NCBI GenBank assembly: GCA_965204745.1 | Contig: OZ242010.1 | Location: 480,001 to 544,000 of the forward strand | Direction: 5' to 3' | Source: Candidatus Latescibacterota bacterium | GTDB lineage: Bacteria; Latescibacterota; UBA2968 | Length of the DNA stretch: 64,000 bases | In this document: positions 1 to 10,331 of the stretch, piece after piece | Layout of the letters: every line of letters begins with the position of its first letter | Numbering within the stretch: position 1 is the stretch's first letter | Notes under the pieces: model-generated | The model's database searches: none | The model's input: the letters and a program-made list of their open reading frames with translations, nothing else | Told to the model about the DNA's origin: nothing | Translations under genes and position numbers: made by a program

Positions 1-625
1 GGCTTTCAAGCGGTATTTGAGCACGTCTAAAGGGGTTATCCTGACGGATGTGATGACGGACATTCCGCCTTTGTCTGCCCGATCCAAAGAGAAGACAGGT
101 TATCCCACGCAGAAGCCGTTGGCGTTGTTAGAGCGTATCATCAAGGCGTCAAGTAATGAGGGAGATGTTGTGCTTGACCCCTTCTGCGGTTGTGCGACAA
201 CTTGTGAGGCGGCTGAGCGTTTGGGTCGCCAGTGGGTTGGAATAGATTTGTCTCGGAAGGCTTATGATTTGATTCGTATGCGTTTGGAGCGTGCTGTTGA
301 TAAGGGTGCGTTGTTTAAGGGGCGTCTTCCTAAATTGCATCACTTTGAAAATACTACGCCGTCCCAGACTGATCACAGTGGGAAGATGTCTCGGAAGGAT
401 GCGAAGCCGATACTCTTTGGCCGGGAAAAGGGGAAATGCAAAAAGTGTCAGTATGATTATCCGTATCAAATGTTTGATGTCGATCATGTTATTCCCAAGG
501 CGCATGGTGGGCAGGATGTTTTGGAAAACTATCAACTGCTTTGCGTCGGTTGCCACCGGTACAAGGGTACTTTGTCTGATGAAGAACACACTGCTAAGCT
601 AAAAAAGATGAAAATAATAAAATGA
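1..625 (+). CDS. DNA methyltransferase (N4C/N6A, C-terminal part) fused to C-terminal HNH nuclease; 5' end probably outside the window
   Basis: GYPTQKPLALLERII...VLDPFCGCATT (motif I) followed by CxxC...DVDHVIPKAHGG..N.QLLCVGCH HNH signature. Confidence 0.85.
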   Translation, partial: AFKRYLSTSKGVILTDVMTDIPPLSARSKEKTGYPTQKPLALLERIIKASSNEGDVVLDPFCGCATTCEAAERLGRQWVGIDLSRKAYDLIRMRLERAVDKGALFKGRLPKLHHFENTTPSQTDHSGKMSRKDAKPILFGREKGKCKKCQYDYPYQMFDVDHVIPKAHGGQDVLENYQLLCVGCHRYKGTLSDEEHTAKLKKMKIIK

Positions 626-712
626 AATTGGTGGCGGTAGATTGGAGTGCATATAAGGGTTATGGGGCGTGCCTATCTAAAACGCCCTAACCTTTATTGG
701 AGGGTTGTAAAA

Positions 713-1647
713 TGAGTCGGAAGATTGTTAATTTGAGGATTCCTTGTTTGGCGATTATTTGTTTAGTGTGTGTAGGTGGTGGTATCTATTTTTTGTTTGC
801 AGGTTTTGCGGAGTGGTCTATTGCAGAGAGGTCTCTTGTTGTTCAGTGTGGGGCAGTTGTTGTTGCTATGATTGCGGTGTTTGTGGCGGGTATTCAGAAT
901 TATAGAGGGTCTAGGGATCGGGAATTTGAGAGAAAGTTGCGGGGATTGAAAATTTCAGTTGATAGACTTAGACTCCGTTTGGATGGGAATAAGGTGTATT
1001 CAAGGTCATTGCGGTATGATTTCAAACTTTATGATATTGATGTTCCTAGACATGAGGAGGGAGCTTATCGAGGATTAGGTGGTCGGAGTACGATTTATAG
1101 TGAAAAAGAAGATGTGTTGTATTTTGATGGGTTGGATGTAGTCAGTTTTTGGCTTGATCGAATTTTGGATATTATGGGTATCGTTAGGGGTGATATGAGT
1201 ATGTTTGAGCCACAAAAAGAAAGTTTATTGGATAATGTGAAAGATAGGTTTGGGAAAGATGGTGATAAGGTGTTCAGTGATTTTGGACATTGTTTTTTAG
1301 GGTTTAGGAGTTTGATGGAGTGGGTGAATGATAGAAAGTTTATGAAGACAAGGTATAGATATGCCCAGAAAGTTATTGAGTCTTTGAGTCGTGAGGAGAT
1401 GAGTTTGATTTTACTTTATGGTGTTATTGGATACCCTAACGGGTGCATAGCAAAAAAGTTTAAGGGGTATCTTGAGAAGTACGGGATGTTATTTATTTTG
1501 CGTGATGAGATTTATCCCTTTTCAGAAGAGTATCCGCCGGAACTTAATGCAACTTTGGGTTACTATGACGAATGGGCTTTTGTTGACGGTGGATGGGATA
1601 GGGATAAAGTAAGGCGGAAGAGTGTATTGATTCGTTGGTTGTATTGA
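713..1647 (+). CDS. Membrane-anchored protein resembling the putative phage abortive infection protein family (AbiC-like)
   Basis: Two N-terminal hydrophobic segments; C-terminal RYAQKVIESLSREEMSLILLYG...KFKGYLEKYGML resembles the family motif as recalled; AT-rich. Confidence 0.55.
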
Positions 1648-1881
1648 GTTGGGTAATGGTGCATGGTTGAGTGGATAGTCGAGAAGAGGTACTGAGTGGA
1701 CTATATTTTGCGGGTGTGTCTCATGTTCATCCTCCATTTTCCAGGGCTGTTGTTATTTCACCATGAGAACTTGTGCGTGTTGCGTAGGATGAACAGCCGG
1801 AGCGTGTATTTCAAAGGGGTATAGCGCGGATATTAAATGCACCCGGCCACTTTGTATATAATTCCCAAAGGATAGATAGCC

Positions 1882-2142
1882 ATGTTCACGACGATTGAAG
1901 GCATGTATCGCGATGGCAAAATTGAACTCTCAGAAATGCCTTGCGATATGTGCGAAGGCACTCCCGTCCTCGTAACGTTTCTTCCATCTGGTTCTGCCGA
2001 CTTACAAACGCACGGCATTGACCGAGCACAGGTAGCGGATTTGCGCCAACGCCTAGCGACCTTTGCCGAAGACTGGGAAAGCCCCGAAATGTGTATTTAT
2101 GACAACTATGACGCAACCCAAGTCAATCTACAAACGCGGTGA
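1882..2142 (+). CDS. Small antitoxin-like hypothetical protein
   Basis: MFTTIEGMYRDGKIEL start is typical of small TA antitoxins; overlaps a downstream toxin fragment. Confidence 0.6.
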   Translation: MFTTIEGMYRDGKIELSEMPCDMCEGTPVLVTFLPSGSADLQTHGIDRAQVADLRQRLATFAEDWESPEMCIYDNYDATQVNLQTR

Positions 2143-2188
2143 TGTCGTCTTGGCTACCGCTTGCTCCTTACTCGCTTTTCACTCTTAA
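2108..2188 (+). pseudogene. Truncated PemK/MazF toxin N-terminus
   Basis: Manual translation MTQPKSIYKRGDVVLATACSLLAFHS*; YKRGDVVL is a PemK-type start. Confidence 0.55.
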
Positions 2189-2213
2189 TTTGCTTGACTA
2201 ACCACTGACCACC

Positions 2214-2960
2214 ATGAACCGACTCATCGACAAAACGGCCCTCGTAACCGGCGGGTCTCGCGGCATTGGCGAGGCCATTGCTTTGCGCCTTGCACGCGAA
2301 GGGGCTAATGTCGCCTTGTGCGCCAGCCAGAGCGCGGAAGCCGCCGAGGCCGTGGCCCAAAAAATTCGCGCACAGGGCCGCGAGGCCATCGCGCGACAAA
2401 CCGACGTGTCCAATGCCGAATCGGTGGATGCACTGGTCAAAACCGTGCTCGACGCGTGGGGCAAAATCGACATCCTCGTCAACAATGCGGGCGTCACGCG
2501 GGACAACTTGTTGATGCGGATGAAAGAAGACGAGTGGGATGCCGTGCTCGACATCAACCTCAAAGGCGCGTACCACTGCATCAAAGCCGTCACCCGGCCG
2601 ATGATGAAAGCGCGCACGGGTCGCATCATCAACGTCTCGTCAGTCGTGGGCCTGACGGGCAATGCCGGGCAGGTCAATTACGCCGCATCCAAATCCGGAC
2701 TCATCGGCCTGACCAAATCGGTTGCCCGCGAATTATCCAGCCGCAATATTACGGCCAACGCGGTCGCGCCCGGGTTCATCCCCACGGACATGACCGACAA
2801 AATCGACGCAAAAATGCGCGAACAACTGCTCGCGCAAATTCCACTGGGCAAGTTCGGCAGTCCCGAAGATATCGCGGCTGCCGCGGCCTTTCTCGCCTCT
2901 GACGACGCGGCCTACATCACAGGGCAGGTCCTCGTCGTGGACGGCGGCATGGCAATGTGA
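2214..2960 (+). CDS. fabG: 3-oxoacyl-ACP reductase
   Basis: TGGSRGIG, NNAG, YAASK motifs; fab operon context. Confidence 0.97.
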   Translation: MNRLIDKTALVTGGSRGIGEAIALRLAREGANVALCASQSAEAAEAVAQKIRAQGREAIARQTDVSNAESVDALVKTVLDAWGKIDILVNNAGVTRDNLLMRMKEDEWDAVLDINLKGAYHCIKAVTRPMMKARTGRIINVSSVVGLTGNAGQVNYAASKSGLIGLTKSVARELSSRNITANAVAPGFIPTDMTDKIDAKMREQLLAQIPLGKFGSPEDIAAAAAFLASDDAAYITGQVLVVDGGMAM

Positions 2961-3503
2961 TATACCCCGCGCTGAAGCGACGGGGCTTCTGGCCTCGTCA
3001 TTTCAGCGTAGGTTGTGCGATCAACAGAGAACGCAGGCTGTGCAAGCCCTGTCTGACACCTCCTCCCACAAAGGTTGATATCCCAACCTTACGCAAGATT
3101 GCGTCTTACGCGCCTGACTGTACTTCCGTCCGGGTTGTTAGGTGCCTCGTGACGGTCAAACAAATGGCGCGGGTTGTCCTTAACCGAGCACGTTTGTGCT
3201 TTTACACCCTCACGTAGAAAAGGACGAGGTTTGAGGGAAACCGCATAGCACCTACTCTTGTCAAAGAACAGACAGCACAAAAAAACCACCTGCGGTTGTT
3301 GTAACCAAAGCCAAAGCCTTGCCGCAGGCGGTGTCAAAGCAGAAGTTATAAAAAAGCTCTGGCTGTTGGTTACACACCTTAGACGCACGCAAAGGCGAAA
3401 AGGTTTGAAAAAACTTTGCCCAGCGCAAAAAAGTTCGTAGGGCTAAAGCCCACGCCCTTATATCCCCGCGCCCTGAAGGGCAGGGGCTTTACGGGCTGTT
3501 CAG
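2957..3503 (-). mobile_element. Non-autonomous IS200/IS605-family element without transposase ORF
   Basis: On the minus strand: TTAC target immediately 5' of the left end, subterminal hairpins with TTCA loops at both ends, right end finishing in TCAC, no target duplication. Confidence 0.8.
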
Positions 3504-3529
3504 GTAACCCTTTTTAAGGAGGATCGACA

Positions 3530-3769
3530 ATGACCGATGACATTCAACAAAAAGTCACGGATCTGATCGTGGACCAACTCGGCGTGGATGCTGACAGCGT
3601 CCATCCAGACGCCCATTTCATCGACGATTTGGGCGCGGACTCGCTCGACACGGTCGAACTGGTCATGGCGTTTGAAGAAGAATTTGACATGGAAATCCCA
3701 GATGAAGCCGCCGAAAAGCTCGAAACCGTCGGCGATGCCATGAAGTATTTGGACGACCATCTGGCTTAA
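3530..3769 (+). CDS. acpP: Acyl carrier protein
   Basis: [14 protein letters not shown] phosphopantetheine motif; AAGGAGG RBS. Confidence 0.98.
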   Translation: MTDDIQQKVTDLIVDQLGVDADSVHPDAHFIDDLGADSLDTVELVMAFEEEFDMEIPDEAAEKLETVGDAMKYLDDHLA

Positions 3770-3818
3770 TTGGAACTGGAGGCCAGGAGATCGGCTCTCG
3801 GCCTCCAGGAGGTCATTC

Positions 3819-5069
3819 GTGAACAGACAACGCAGAGTGGTCATCACCGGACTGGGCACGCTCGCGCCTAATGGCAACACCACAAAGTGCTATTGGGACG
3901 CCTTGTGCAACGGGCAAACCGGCGTTGGCCCCATCACAAAATTTGATGCCTCTGATTTTCGCGTGCGCTTTGCCGCCGAAGTCAAAGCCTTCGACCCCTC
4001 GCGCTACGGCATGGACCGCCGAAGTGCGCGGCGCATGGATCTCTTCACGCAATACGCCATTGCCGCGTCCGTGCAAGCCGTTGAAAACGCCGGCCTCGAC
4101 CTGGACGCGGAACAGGCCGAGCGCGTCGGCGTCGTTTTTGGCTCCGGCATTGGGGGCATCCGAACCTTTGAAGACCAGCACGACGCGTATCGCAACGGGG
4201 GCCCGCGCCGCATCAGCCCGCTTTTTGTGCCGATGATGATCCCGGACATGTCCGCGGGTCAGGTGTCCATTCACTTGGGGGCCAAAGGGCCCAACTACAC
4301 CATGGTCACCGCTTGTGCGTCCGCGGCCCATGCCATTGGCAATGCGGCCCGAGAAATTTGGGACGACGAGGCCGACGTGATGATCACCGGCGGCGCCGAA
4401 GCCGCGATTACCCCGATGGCCGTGGGCGGGTTTGCCTCGGCTCGAACGCTCTCCACGCGCAACGACGCGCCAGAACGCGCGAGCAGGCCCTTCGATGCGG
4501 ACCGCGATGGGTTTGTCATTGGCGAGGGCGCGGGCGGTTTGGTCTTGGAAGAACTCGGCCGCGCCAAACAGCGCAGGGCCGCGATCTACGCCGAAGTGGT
4601 GGGCGCGGGTTATACCGGCGACGCGCATCACATCACGGATATGGCGCCCGGCGGCGAGGGGGGCGCGCGTGCCATCAGACGCGCCTTGCGCCAAGCGCGG
4701 GTCGATCCAGAGGAGGTGTCTTATATCAACGCGCACGGCACTTCCACGCCCGTGGGCGACCCGGGGGAAACCGCGGCCATCAAAGCCGTTTTTGGCGACC
4801 ATGCCAAAAAGCTCGCCGTCAGTTCCACCAAATCCATGACCGGGCACTTATTGGGCGCGTCCGGCGCGATTGAAACGATAGCGGCCACCATGGCGATTTA
4901 CCACGGGGTCGTGCCGCCCACCATCAATTACGAAACGCCCGATCCGGAATGCGACCTCGATTACGTGCCCAATGAAGCGCGGGAAATGCCCGTCACCATC
5001 GCCATCAACAACTCCTTTGGCTTTGGCGGTCACAACGCGGTCATCGTCCTGCGCGCCTTCGACAACTGA
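3819..5069 (+). CDS. fabF: 3-oxoacyl-ACP synthase II
   Basis: TACAS, NAHGTST, KSMTGH, NSFGFGG motifs. Confidence 0.97.
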   Translation: MNRQRRVVITGLGTLAPNGNTTKCYWDALCNGQTGVGPITKFDASDFRVRFAAEVKAFDPSRYGMDRRSARRMDLFTQYAIAASVQAVENAGLDLDAEQAERVGVVFGSGIGGIRTFEDQHDAYRNGGPRRISPLFVPMMIPDMSAGQVSIHLGAKGPNYTMVTACASAAHAIGNAAREIWDDEADVMITGGAEAAITPMAVGGFASARTLSTRNDAPERASRPFDADRDGFVIGEGAGGLVLEELGRAKQRRAAIYAEVVGAGYTGDAHHITDMAPGGEGGARAIRRALRQARVDPEEVSYINAHGTSTPVGDPGETAAIKAVFGDHAKKLAVSSTKSMTGHLLGASGAIETIAATMAIYHGVVPPTINYETPDPECDLDYVPNEAREMPVTIAINNSFGFGGHNAVIVLRAFDN

Positions 5070-5079
5070 CGAGGCCCTT

Positions 5080-5856
5080 ATGTTCCGCGCCCTGAGAGGG
5101 GGAAGTGTCATTCGACTTGGAAGCGTCTTGCAAACGATCAAACGCTGGTCCATCGGCGACAAAGCGCGTTCTCAAGAAGAACTGCAAGGCAAACTCGGCT
5201 ATGCCTTTTCCAATACCGAGTTGCTCGAACAAGCCCTCAAACACCGGTCTTATGTCTATGCGAATCGGGAAGGCAGCATCGCCTCCAATGAACGCTTGGA
5301 GTTTTTGGGCGACGCCGTGCTCGACCTCGTCGTGACGGAACACCTCTTCAACCGGTTCGAGAACAAGCGCGAGGGCGAACTCACGCAAATCAAATCCCTG
5401 CTCGTCAGCAAAGTGATTCTGGCTGAAAAAGGGCGCGGCATGCGCCTCGGCGAATATCTCTTTTTGAGCAAAGAAGAAATCGCCTCGGGCGGGCGGTTGC
5501 GCGCGTCGATCATCGGCGATGCGTTTGAAGCCCTCTTGGGCGCGATTTACCTCGACGGCGGGTTGGAGGTTGCCCGCGCATTTGTCGAGCGCGTGATCCT
5601 GACCGACTTGGAGAAAATTTTAGCCGATGGCAATTATCTCAATTTCAAAAGCCTGCTTCTCGAACACGCGCAGAGCACCGGGCAGGGGCATCCGCGCTAC
5701 TCGCCCATTTCCGAAGATGGGCCAGATCACCAAAAAATATTTTCTATCGAAGTCACCATTCAGGGCGACCGAATGGGCGAAGGACAAGGGCGCAGCAAAA
5801 AAGAGGCCCAACAGATGGCCGCAAAAGACGCGCTCAAACACTTGGGCTTACAATAA
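5080..5856 (+). CDS. rnc: Ribonuclease III (start uncertain)
   Basis: NERLEFLGDAVL signature, DAFEALLGAIYLDGG, C-terminal dsRBD. Confidence 0.95.
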   Translation: MFRALRGGSVIRLGSVLQTIKRWSIGDKARSQEELQGKLGYAFSNTELLEQALKHRSYVYANREGSIASNERLEFLGDAVLDLVVTEHLFNRFENKREGELTQIKSLLVSKVILAEKGRGMRLGEYLFLSKEEIASGGRLRASIIGDAFEALLGAIYLDGGLEVARAFVERVILTDLEKILADGNYLNFKSLLLEHAQSTGQGHPRYSPISEDGPDHQKIFSIEVTIQGDRMGEGQGRSKKEAQQMAAKDALKHLGLQ

Positions 5857-5857
5857 C

Positions 5858-6697
5858 GTGACACATTGCAACCCCCGGACATGGCGTTTCCTCGATACCG
5901 CGTATGGAAACGCCTTTTTTAATATGGCCGCAGACGAGGCCCTCGTGCGCGCAGTTGCCACGGGCGCGCGGCCCGCGGTTCGCGTTTACGGGTGGCAGCC
6001 GCCCGCGGTGTCCTTTGGGTACGCCCAGCGCGTCAAGCGCGAGATCGATGTCCGAAAAGTTCGCGCCCGTGGCATGGATATCGTCCGTCGCCCAACCGGT
6101 GGGCGCGCGGTTTTGCACTGGCATGAACTGACGTATAGCGTGGTCTGCGCGGCTGACGATCCGGCGATGGGGGGCAACATCGGCGAAGCCTATCGCAAAA
6201 TCAGCGCGGGCCTGCTCGCGGGCATTCGCCTGCTCGGGGTGGATGCGACCTTTGAATCCCGCCGACACACACAGCCCTCGCCGCGCGGCAAAATTCTCAC
6301 CGCGCCTTGTTTTACCAGCACCGCGCAATACGAAGTCGCGTTCCAGGGCCGCAAACTCATCGGCAGCGCGCAACAACGCATCGGCAACACGCTCTTGCAA
6401 CACGGCTCGCTCTTGCTCGGCGCAGAACACAAGCGCATCGCGGACCTCTTGCCCGACGACAAGCCCGGCCTGCAAAAACGCTTCCGGCGCGAACTCGACC
6501 GCCACACGATTTCGCTTTCAGAAGCCCTGTCGCACAGCGTCGATTTTCACACCGCGGCCACCGCCATCCAACAGGGCATCCAAGACACCTTTGACATCCA
6601 CCTCGTCGAATCGGCACTCAGCCAACCCGAACGCGCCGAAACCCACCGCCTCATCGCCGAGAAATACGCGACCGAGGAATGGAATTACAAATATTAG
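5858..6697 (+). CDS. Lipoate-protein ligase A / LipM-type octanoyltransferase
   Basis: NMAADEAL, RRPTGGRAVLH, GRKLIGSAQ, LQHGSL. Confidence 0.9.
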   Translation: MTHCNPRTWRFLDTAYGNAFFNMAADEALVRAVATGARPAVRVYGWQPPAVSFGYAQRVKREIDVRKVRARGMDIVRRPTGGRAVLHWHELTYSVVCAADDPAMGGNIGEAYRKISAGLLAGIRLLGVDATFESRRHTQPSPRGKILTAPCFTSTAQYEVAFQGRKLIGSAQQRIGNTLLQHGSLLLGAEHKRIADLLPDDKPGLQKRFRRELDRHTISLSEALSHSVDFHTAATAIQQGIQDTFDIHLVESALSQPERAETHRLIAEKYATEEWNYKY

Positions 6698-6721
6698 ACC
6701 GCACTCAAGAAGGGCATCGCA

Positions 6722-7915
6722 ATGGCGGGTTTTACGGAAAAAGAACTGTTGCAACTCATTGCGGCCGGCGAATCTGATCGCGTGGAATTCAAAGAAGCCC
6801 TAGCCGGCGACGCCCCCACGCGCATCAGAGAAGCCATCTGCGCCTTTGCCAATGATTTGCCCGACCACAAAGTGCCCGGCCTGGTTTTTGTGGGCGTGAA
6901 GGACGACGGAACTATCGGCAATTTGGCGGTCACAGATCGGTTGCTCCAGCAGTTGGCCGACATGAAAACCGATGGCAATATCTTGCCGCCGCCATCGCTG
7001 AGCGTGGAAAAGCAGGTACTACGAGGTCAAGATGTTGCGGTCATTTCCGTGCAACCCTCCGACTCGCCGCCGGTTCGCTTCAAAGGTGCGATCCACGTTC
7101 GCACAGGCCCGCGCCGCGGCCTTGCCACGGCGCAAGATGAGCGCATTCTCAATAAAAAACGGCGATATGGAGATCGTCCCTTCGACATCCAGCCGATTCC
7201 CAGTGCTAGGTTGTCGGATCTCAATTTGACCCAGTTTGCAAACGAGTACTTGGCCCAGGCTTTTTCCGCCGAGATCTTGGTCGCCAATGACCGTAGCCTG
7301 AATGAGCAACTCGCCGCGACAAAAATGATCGTCGCCCTTGACCAACCCACCGCGACCGTGCTCGGCCTCCTCACCATTGGCAAGAATCCACAGGATTTTC
7401 TGCCCGGTGCGTATGTGCAATTTCTCAGAATTGATGGCCGCGAACTCTCGGATGATATTATCGACAGCGAGGACATGCGCGGTGCGATTCCCGACCTGCT
7501 CCGTCGGATAAACGACAAGTTGATATCTCATAATCGCATCGCGGTTGCTATCGCCACTGGCGCGGTTGAACAACGGGCCGCGCTTTATCCCATTGAGGCA
7601 TTGCAACAGATTATCTGGAATGCCGTCATGCACAGGACTTACGAGGGCACGCATACGCCGGTCCGCATAACGTGGTTCAATGACCGCATTGAAATCATGA
7701 GCCCCGGCGGCGCGTTTGGGACGGTCGATGCCGAGAATTTCGGCCAGCCCGGATTTACCGATTACCGCAATCCCAATTTGGCAGACGCGATGAAAACCCT
7801 CGGCTATGTTCAGCGGTTTGGCATAGCTATCGCCAAACGGCAGTTGGCAGACGCGGGGCATCCGGAACCCGAGTTTGAGGTTTCCGATAATTTTGTGTGC
7901 GTGACGATCAAATAA
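6722..7915 (+). CDS. AlbA_2 (Schlafen-like) domain + HATPase_c_4 protein
   Basis: GESDRVEFKE..ICAFAND..G.VFVGVKDDG; NAVMHRTY, SPGG, RNPNLA. Confidence 0.85.
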   Translation: MAGFTEKELLQLIAAGESDRVEFKEALAGDAPTRIREAICAFANDLPDHKVPGLVFVGVKDDGTIGNLAVTDRLLQQLADMKTDGNILPPPSLSVEKQVLRGQDVAVISVQPSDSPPVRFKGAIHVRTGPRRGLATAQDERILNKKRRYGDRPFDIQPIPSARLSDLNLTQFANEYLAQAFSAEILVANDRSLNEQLAATKMIVALDQPTATVLGLLTIGKNPQDFLPGAYVQFLRIDGRELSDDIIDSEDMRGAIPDLLRRINDKLISHNRIAVAIATGAVEQRAALYPIEALQQIIWNAVMHRTYEGTHTPVRITWFNDRIEIMSPGGAFGTVDAENFGQPGFTDYRNPNLADAMKTLGYVQRFGIAIAKRQLADAGHPEPEFEVSDNFVCVTIK

Positions 7916-7932
7916 TACCGGGAGAATGCAAA

Positions 7933-8943
7933 ATGACCGTTCCCGTTTTGACTTTCTTCAACAACAAGAGCGGCGTTGGCAAAACTTCGCTGGTCTATCA
8001 TCTGGCTTGGATGCTGTCCGACATGGGGTATCGGGTGCTCGCCTGCGACTTGGATCCGCAGGCGAATCTCACCGCTGCATTTTTAGATGAAGATCGGCGG
8101 GAACAGCTTTGGGATGAGGGCGCGACTACAACGAGAAAAACCATCGTGCAATGCGTTCAACCCCTGATGAAAGTCGGCGACATCAAATCCCCAACGCTTG
8201 CGAAAATCACGCCTACCCTGCGCTTGCTCCCCGGAGATTTGGCCCTGGCCGGATTTGAAGATATCCTATCGACGGAATGGCCCAACGCATTGGGTTCTCG
8301 CGATCTGTACCGGCCATTCCGCATCTTAACCGCGTTTTCAACCGCCATGCAGGATGGCGCGAAACAGATGAAAGCTTCGATTATTCTGGCCGATGTGGGC
8401 CCCAATCTCGGCGCCATCAACCGCTCGGCATTGATAGCGACCGATTACATCATCGTTCCGTTGGGCGCAGACCTGTTTTCCCTTCAGGGCCTGCGGAACC
8501 TCGGCCCAACCCTGAATCGGTGGCGACGGGATTGGAAGCAGCGAAAGGACAACTGGACACAACCGGAATTTTCCCTGCCAAATGGAGAGATGAAACCCAT
8601 CGGCTATGTGGTGCAACAGCACGGCGTGCGCTTGAACCGGCCGGTTAAGGCGTATGACAAATGGGTGAATCGGATGCCGGAAGAATACGCCCGGAACCTG
8701 CTCGGGGACGACGAAGGCCCTTATCCGCCAACGCCGGCTCAAGATGCAGAACACGCCTTTGCCACTGTCAAGCACTATCGCAGCCTAGTGCCCATGGCGC
8801 AAGAATCGCGCAAGCCCATCTTTCACCTCACCACAGCCGACGGCGCGATTGGCAGTCACGCCGCCGCCGCCATTGATGCGCGTGCGGATTTCAAGGATTT
8901 GGCAACCAAGATCGTCGGCAAGATGGATAAGTTGGCGGGATGA
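7933..8943 (+). CDS. ParA/Soj-family ATPase
   Basis: [12 protein letters not shown] deviant Walker [17 protein letters not shown]. Confidence 0.9.
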   Translation: MTVPVLTFFNNKSGVGKTSLVYHLAWMLSDMGYRVLACDLDPQANLTAAFLDEDRREQLWDEGATTTRKTIVQCVQPLMKVGDIKSPTLAKITPTLRLLPGDLALAGFEDILSTEWPNALGSRDLYRPFRILTAFSTAMQDGAKQMKASIILADVGPNLGAINRSALIATDYIIVPLGADLFSLQGLRNLGPTLNRWRRDWKQRKDNWTQPEFSLPNGEMKPIGYVVQQHGVRLNRPVKAYDKWVNRMPEEYARNLLGDDEGPYPPTPAQDAEHAFATVKHYRSLVPMAQESRKPIFHLTTADGAIGSHAAAAIDARADFKDLATKIVGKMDKLAG

Positions 8944-8983
8944 AAGCGTGACGTGTAGGGACAGCCTCAAGTCGAGATCCACG

Positions 8984-9262
8984 ATGATTCAATCCTTTGC
9001 AAATCGAGATACAGAGGAACTGTTCTACACCGAAGAGAGCCGCTGTTTTGCCGCCATATCGCGCGTCGCTTTGCGAAAGTTGATCCAGATGAATCAGGCG
9101 CGCATGCTCGGCGATCTCGCCATCCCGCCGGGCAACCGCTTAGAAGCTCTCAAGGGCAACCTCTCGGGATTTCATTCCATTCGGATCAACGACCAATGGC
9201 GTATCGTCTTCCGGTGGACGGATTCCGGACCCGCGCAAGTCGCTATTGTTGACTATCATTGA
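8984..9262 (+). CDS. higB: HigB (RelE/ParE-family) toxin
   Basis: MIQSF...[11 protein letters not shown]...[13 protein letters not shown]...IVDYH. Confidence 0.92.
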   Translation: MIQSFANRDTEELFYTEESRCFAAISRVALRKLIQMNQARMLGDLAIPPGNRLEALKGNLSGFHSIRINDQWRIVFRWTDSGPAQVAIVDYH

Positions 9263-9281
9263 CCGCTTCACAGGTGCAATC

Positions 9282-9599
9282 ATGAATACGCCCATCACAC
9301 CCGGCGAGATTCTCGTGGAGGAGTACCTCGAGCCAATGGGGATTTCGCAAACCGATATGGCAGGTGCTATCGGTGTCTCGCCGCGGGTCATCGATGAAAT
9401 CGTCCACGCCCGGCGCGCGATCACGCCCGCTATGTCGATCCGCTTTGGGGCCTTCTTCGGGCAGTCCGACGCGTTTTGGCACGGGCTTCAGGTCGAGTGC
9501 GATTTTCGCAAATTGGCCGGCGAAAAACACCGACTGACCGCAGACATCCGCCCAGCGTCAACCCTAAGCCGCGCATCTCGATTGCAGGTGGCGAGATGA
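9282..9599 (+). CDS. higA: HigA antitoxin (HTH)
   Basis: [20 protein letters not shown]...[22 protein letters not shown]. Confidence 0.92.
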   Translation: MNTPITPGEILVEEYLEPMGISQTDMAGAIGVSPRVIDEIVHARRAITPAMSIRFGAFFGQSDAFWHGLQVECDFRKLAGEKHRLTADIRPASTLSRASRLQVAR

Positions 9600-10015
9600 A
9601 TGAGGGGTTGCAATCCATGACTTGGGTTTCGCATCCCTTGCGCGACGAGCCGGTGGTGAAATCGGCTGCGCTCGTGGTCATTATTTTAGGCGTCTCGCTG
9701 ATCGTGGGGGTGAGTTTTCAAAGTGGTGCGTTCGCGTTTGTCGCGCTCGCGTTGCTCGTGGTTGCGATGGCCCGGTATTTTTTTTCAACCCGCTATGTTC
9801 TCGACGAGACGGGCGTCGTTATTTCGCACTTGGGCGTGAGTCGTCATTATGCGTGGACGAATTTTCACCGCGTTGCACGCCATCCCAACGGCGTCTTCTT
9901 GAGCGCGTTTGCCAAGCCGCATCGCCTCGACACCTTTCGCGGGCAATTCCTGCGCGCAAAAAATCCCAGTGAGATTTACCATGTGGCCCAACGATACATC
10001 ACTCGCCCGGCTTAA
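9596..10015 (+). CDS. Hypothetical membrane protein (2 TM + PH-like C-terminus)
   Basis: ORF with two hydrophobic helices, operonic spacing. Confidence 0.7.
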   Translation: MNEGLQSMTWVSHPLRDEPVVKSAALVVIILGVSLIVGVSFQSGAFAFVALALLVVAMARYFFSTRYVLDETGVVISHLGVSRHYAWTNFHRVARHPNGVFLSAFAKPHRLDTFRGQFLRAKNPSEIYHVAQRYITRPA

Positions 10016-10331
10016 AAAGTACTGCGCGCATGCCTTTGCGGTCTCCCCGCCCGAAAGTGCCATCGGCGAAGACGACGAGGCCCTCGCGGAAAAAGTCGCG
10101 GCCTTTATCGTGGGGCGCAAACTCACGGCACCGGCCATTATGGCGCTTGAAACCGGGCGGCCCTTGAACTACATTGGCAGTCAGCTCTTGACTTTTTTGT
10201 CGCCCTTTGTCTCTATCATCTTTTCCACAACAGCGGAATTTGACCGCTTCACGCGCTTTCTCGAAAAGCGGGAAAGCATCCCCTGTCTCATTCGCCACAT
10301 CGAAATTTTGGAAAACAAACGCCATGGATAA
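9981..10331 (+). CDS. Hypothetical protein
   Basis: ORF overlapping both neighbours in operon fashion; APAIMALETGRPLNYIGSQ. Confidence 0.7.
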   Translation: MWPNDTSLARLKKYCAHAFAVSPPESAIGEDDEALAEKVAAFIVGRKLTAPAIMALETGRPLNYIGSQLLTFLSPFVSIIFSTTAEFDRFTRFLEKRESIPCLIRHIEILENKRHG

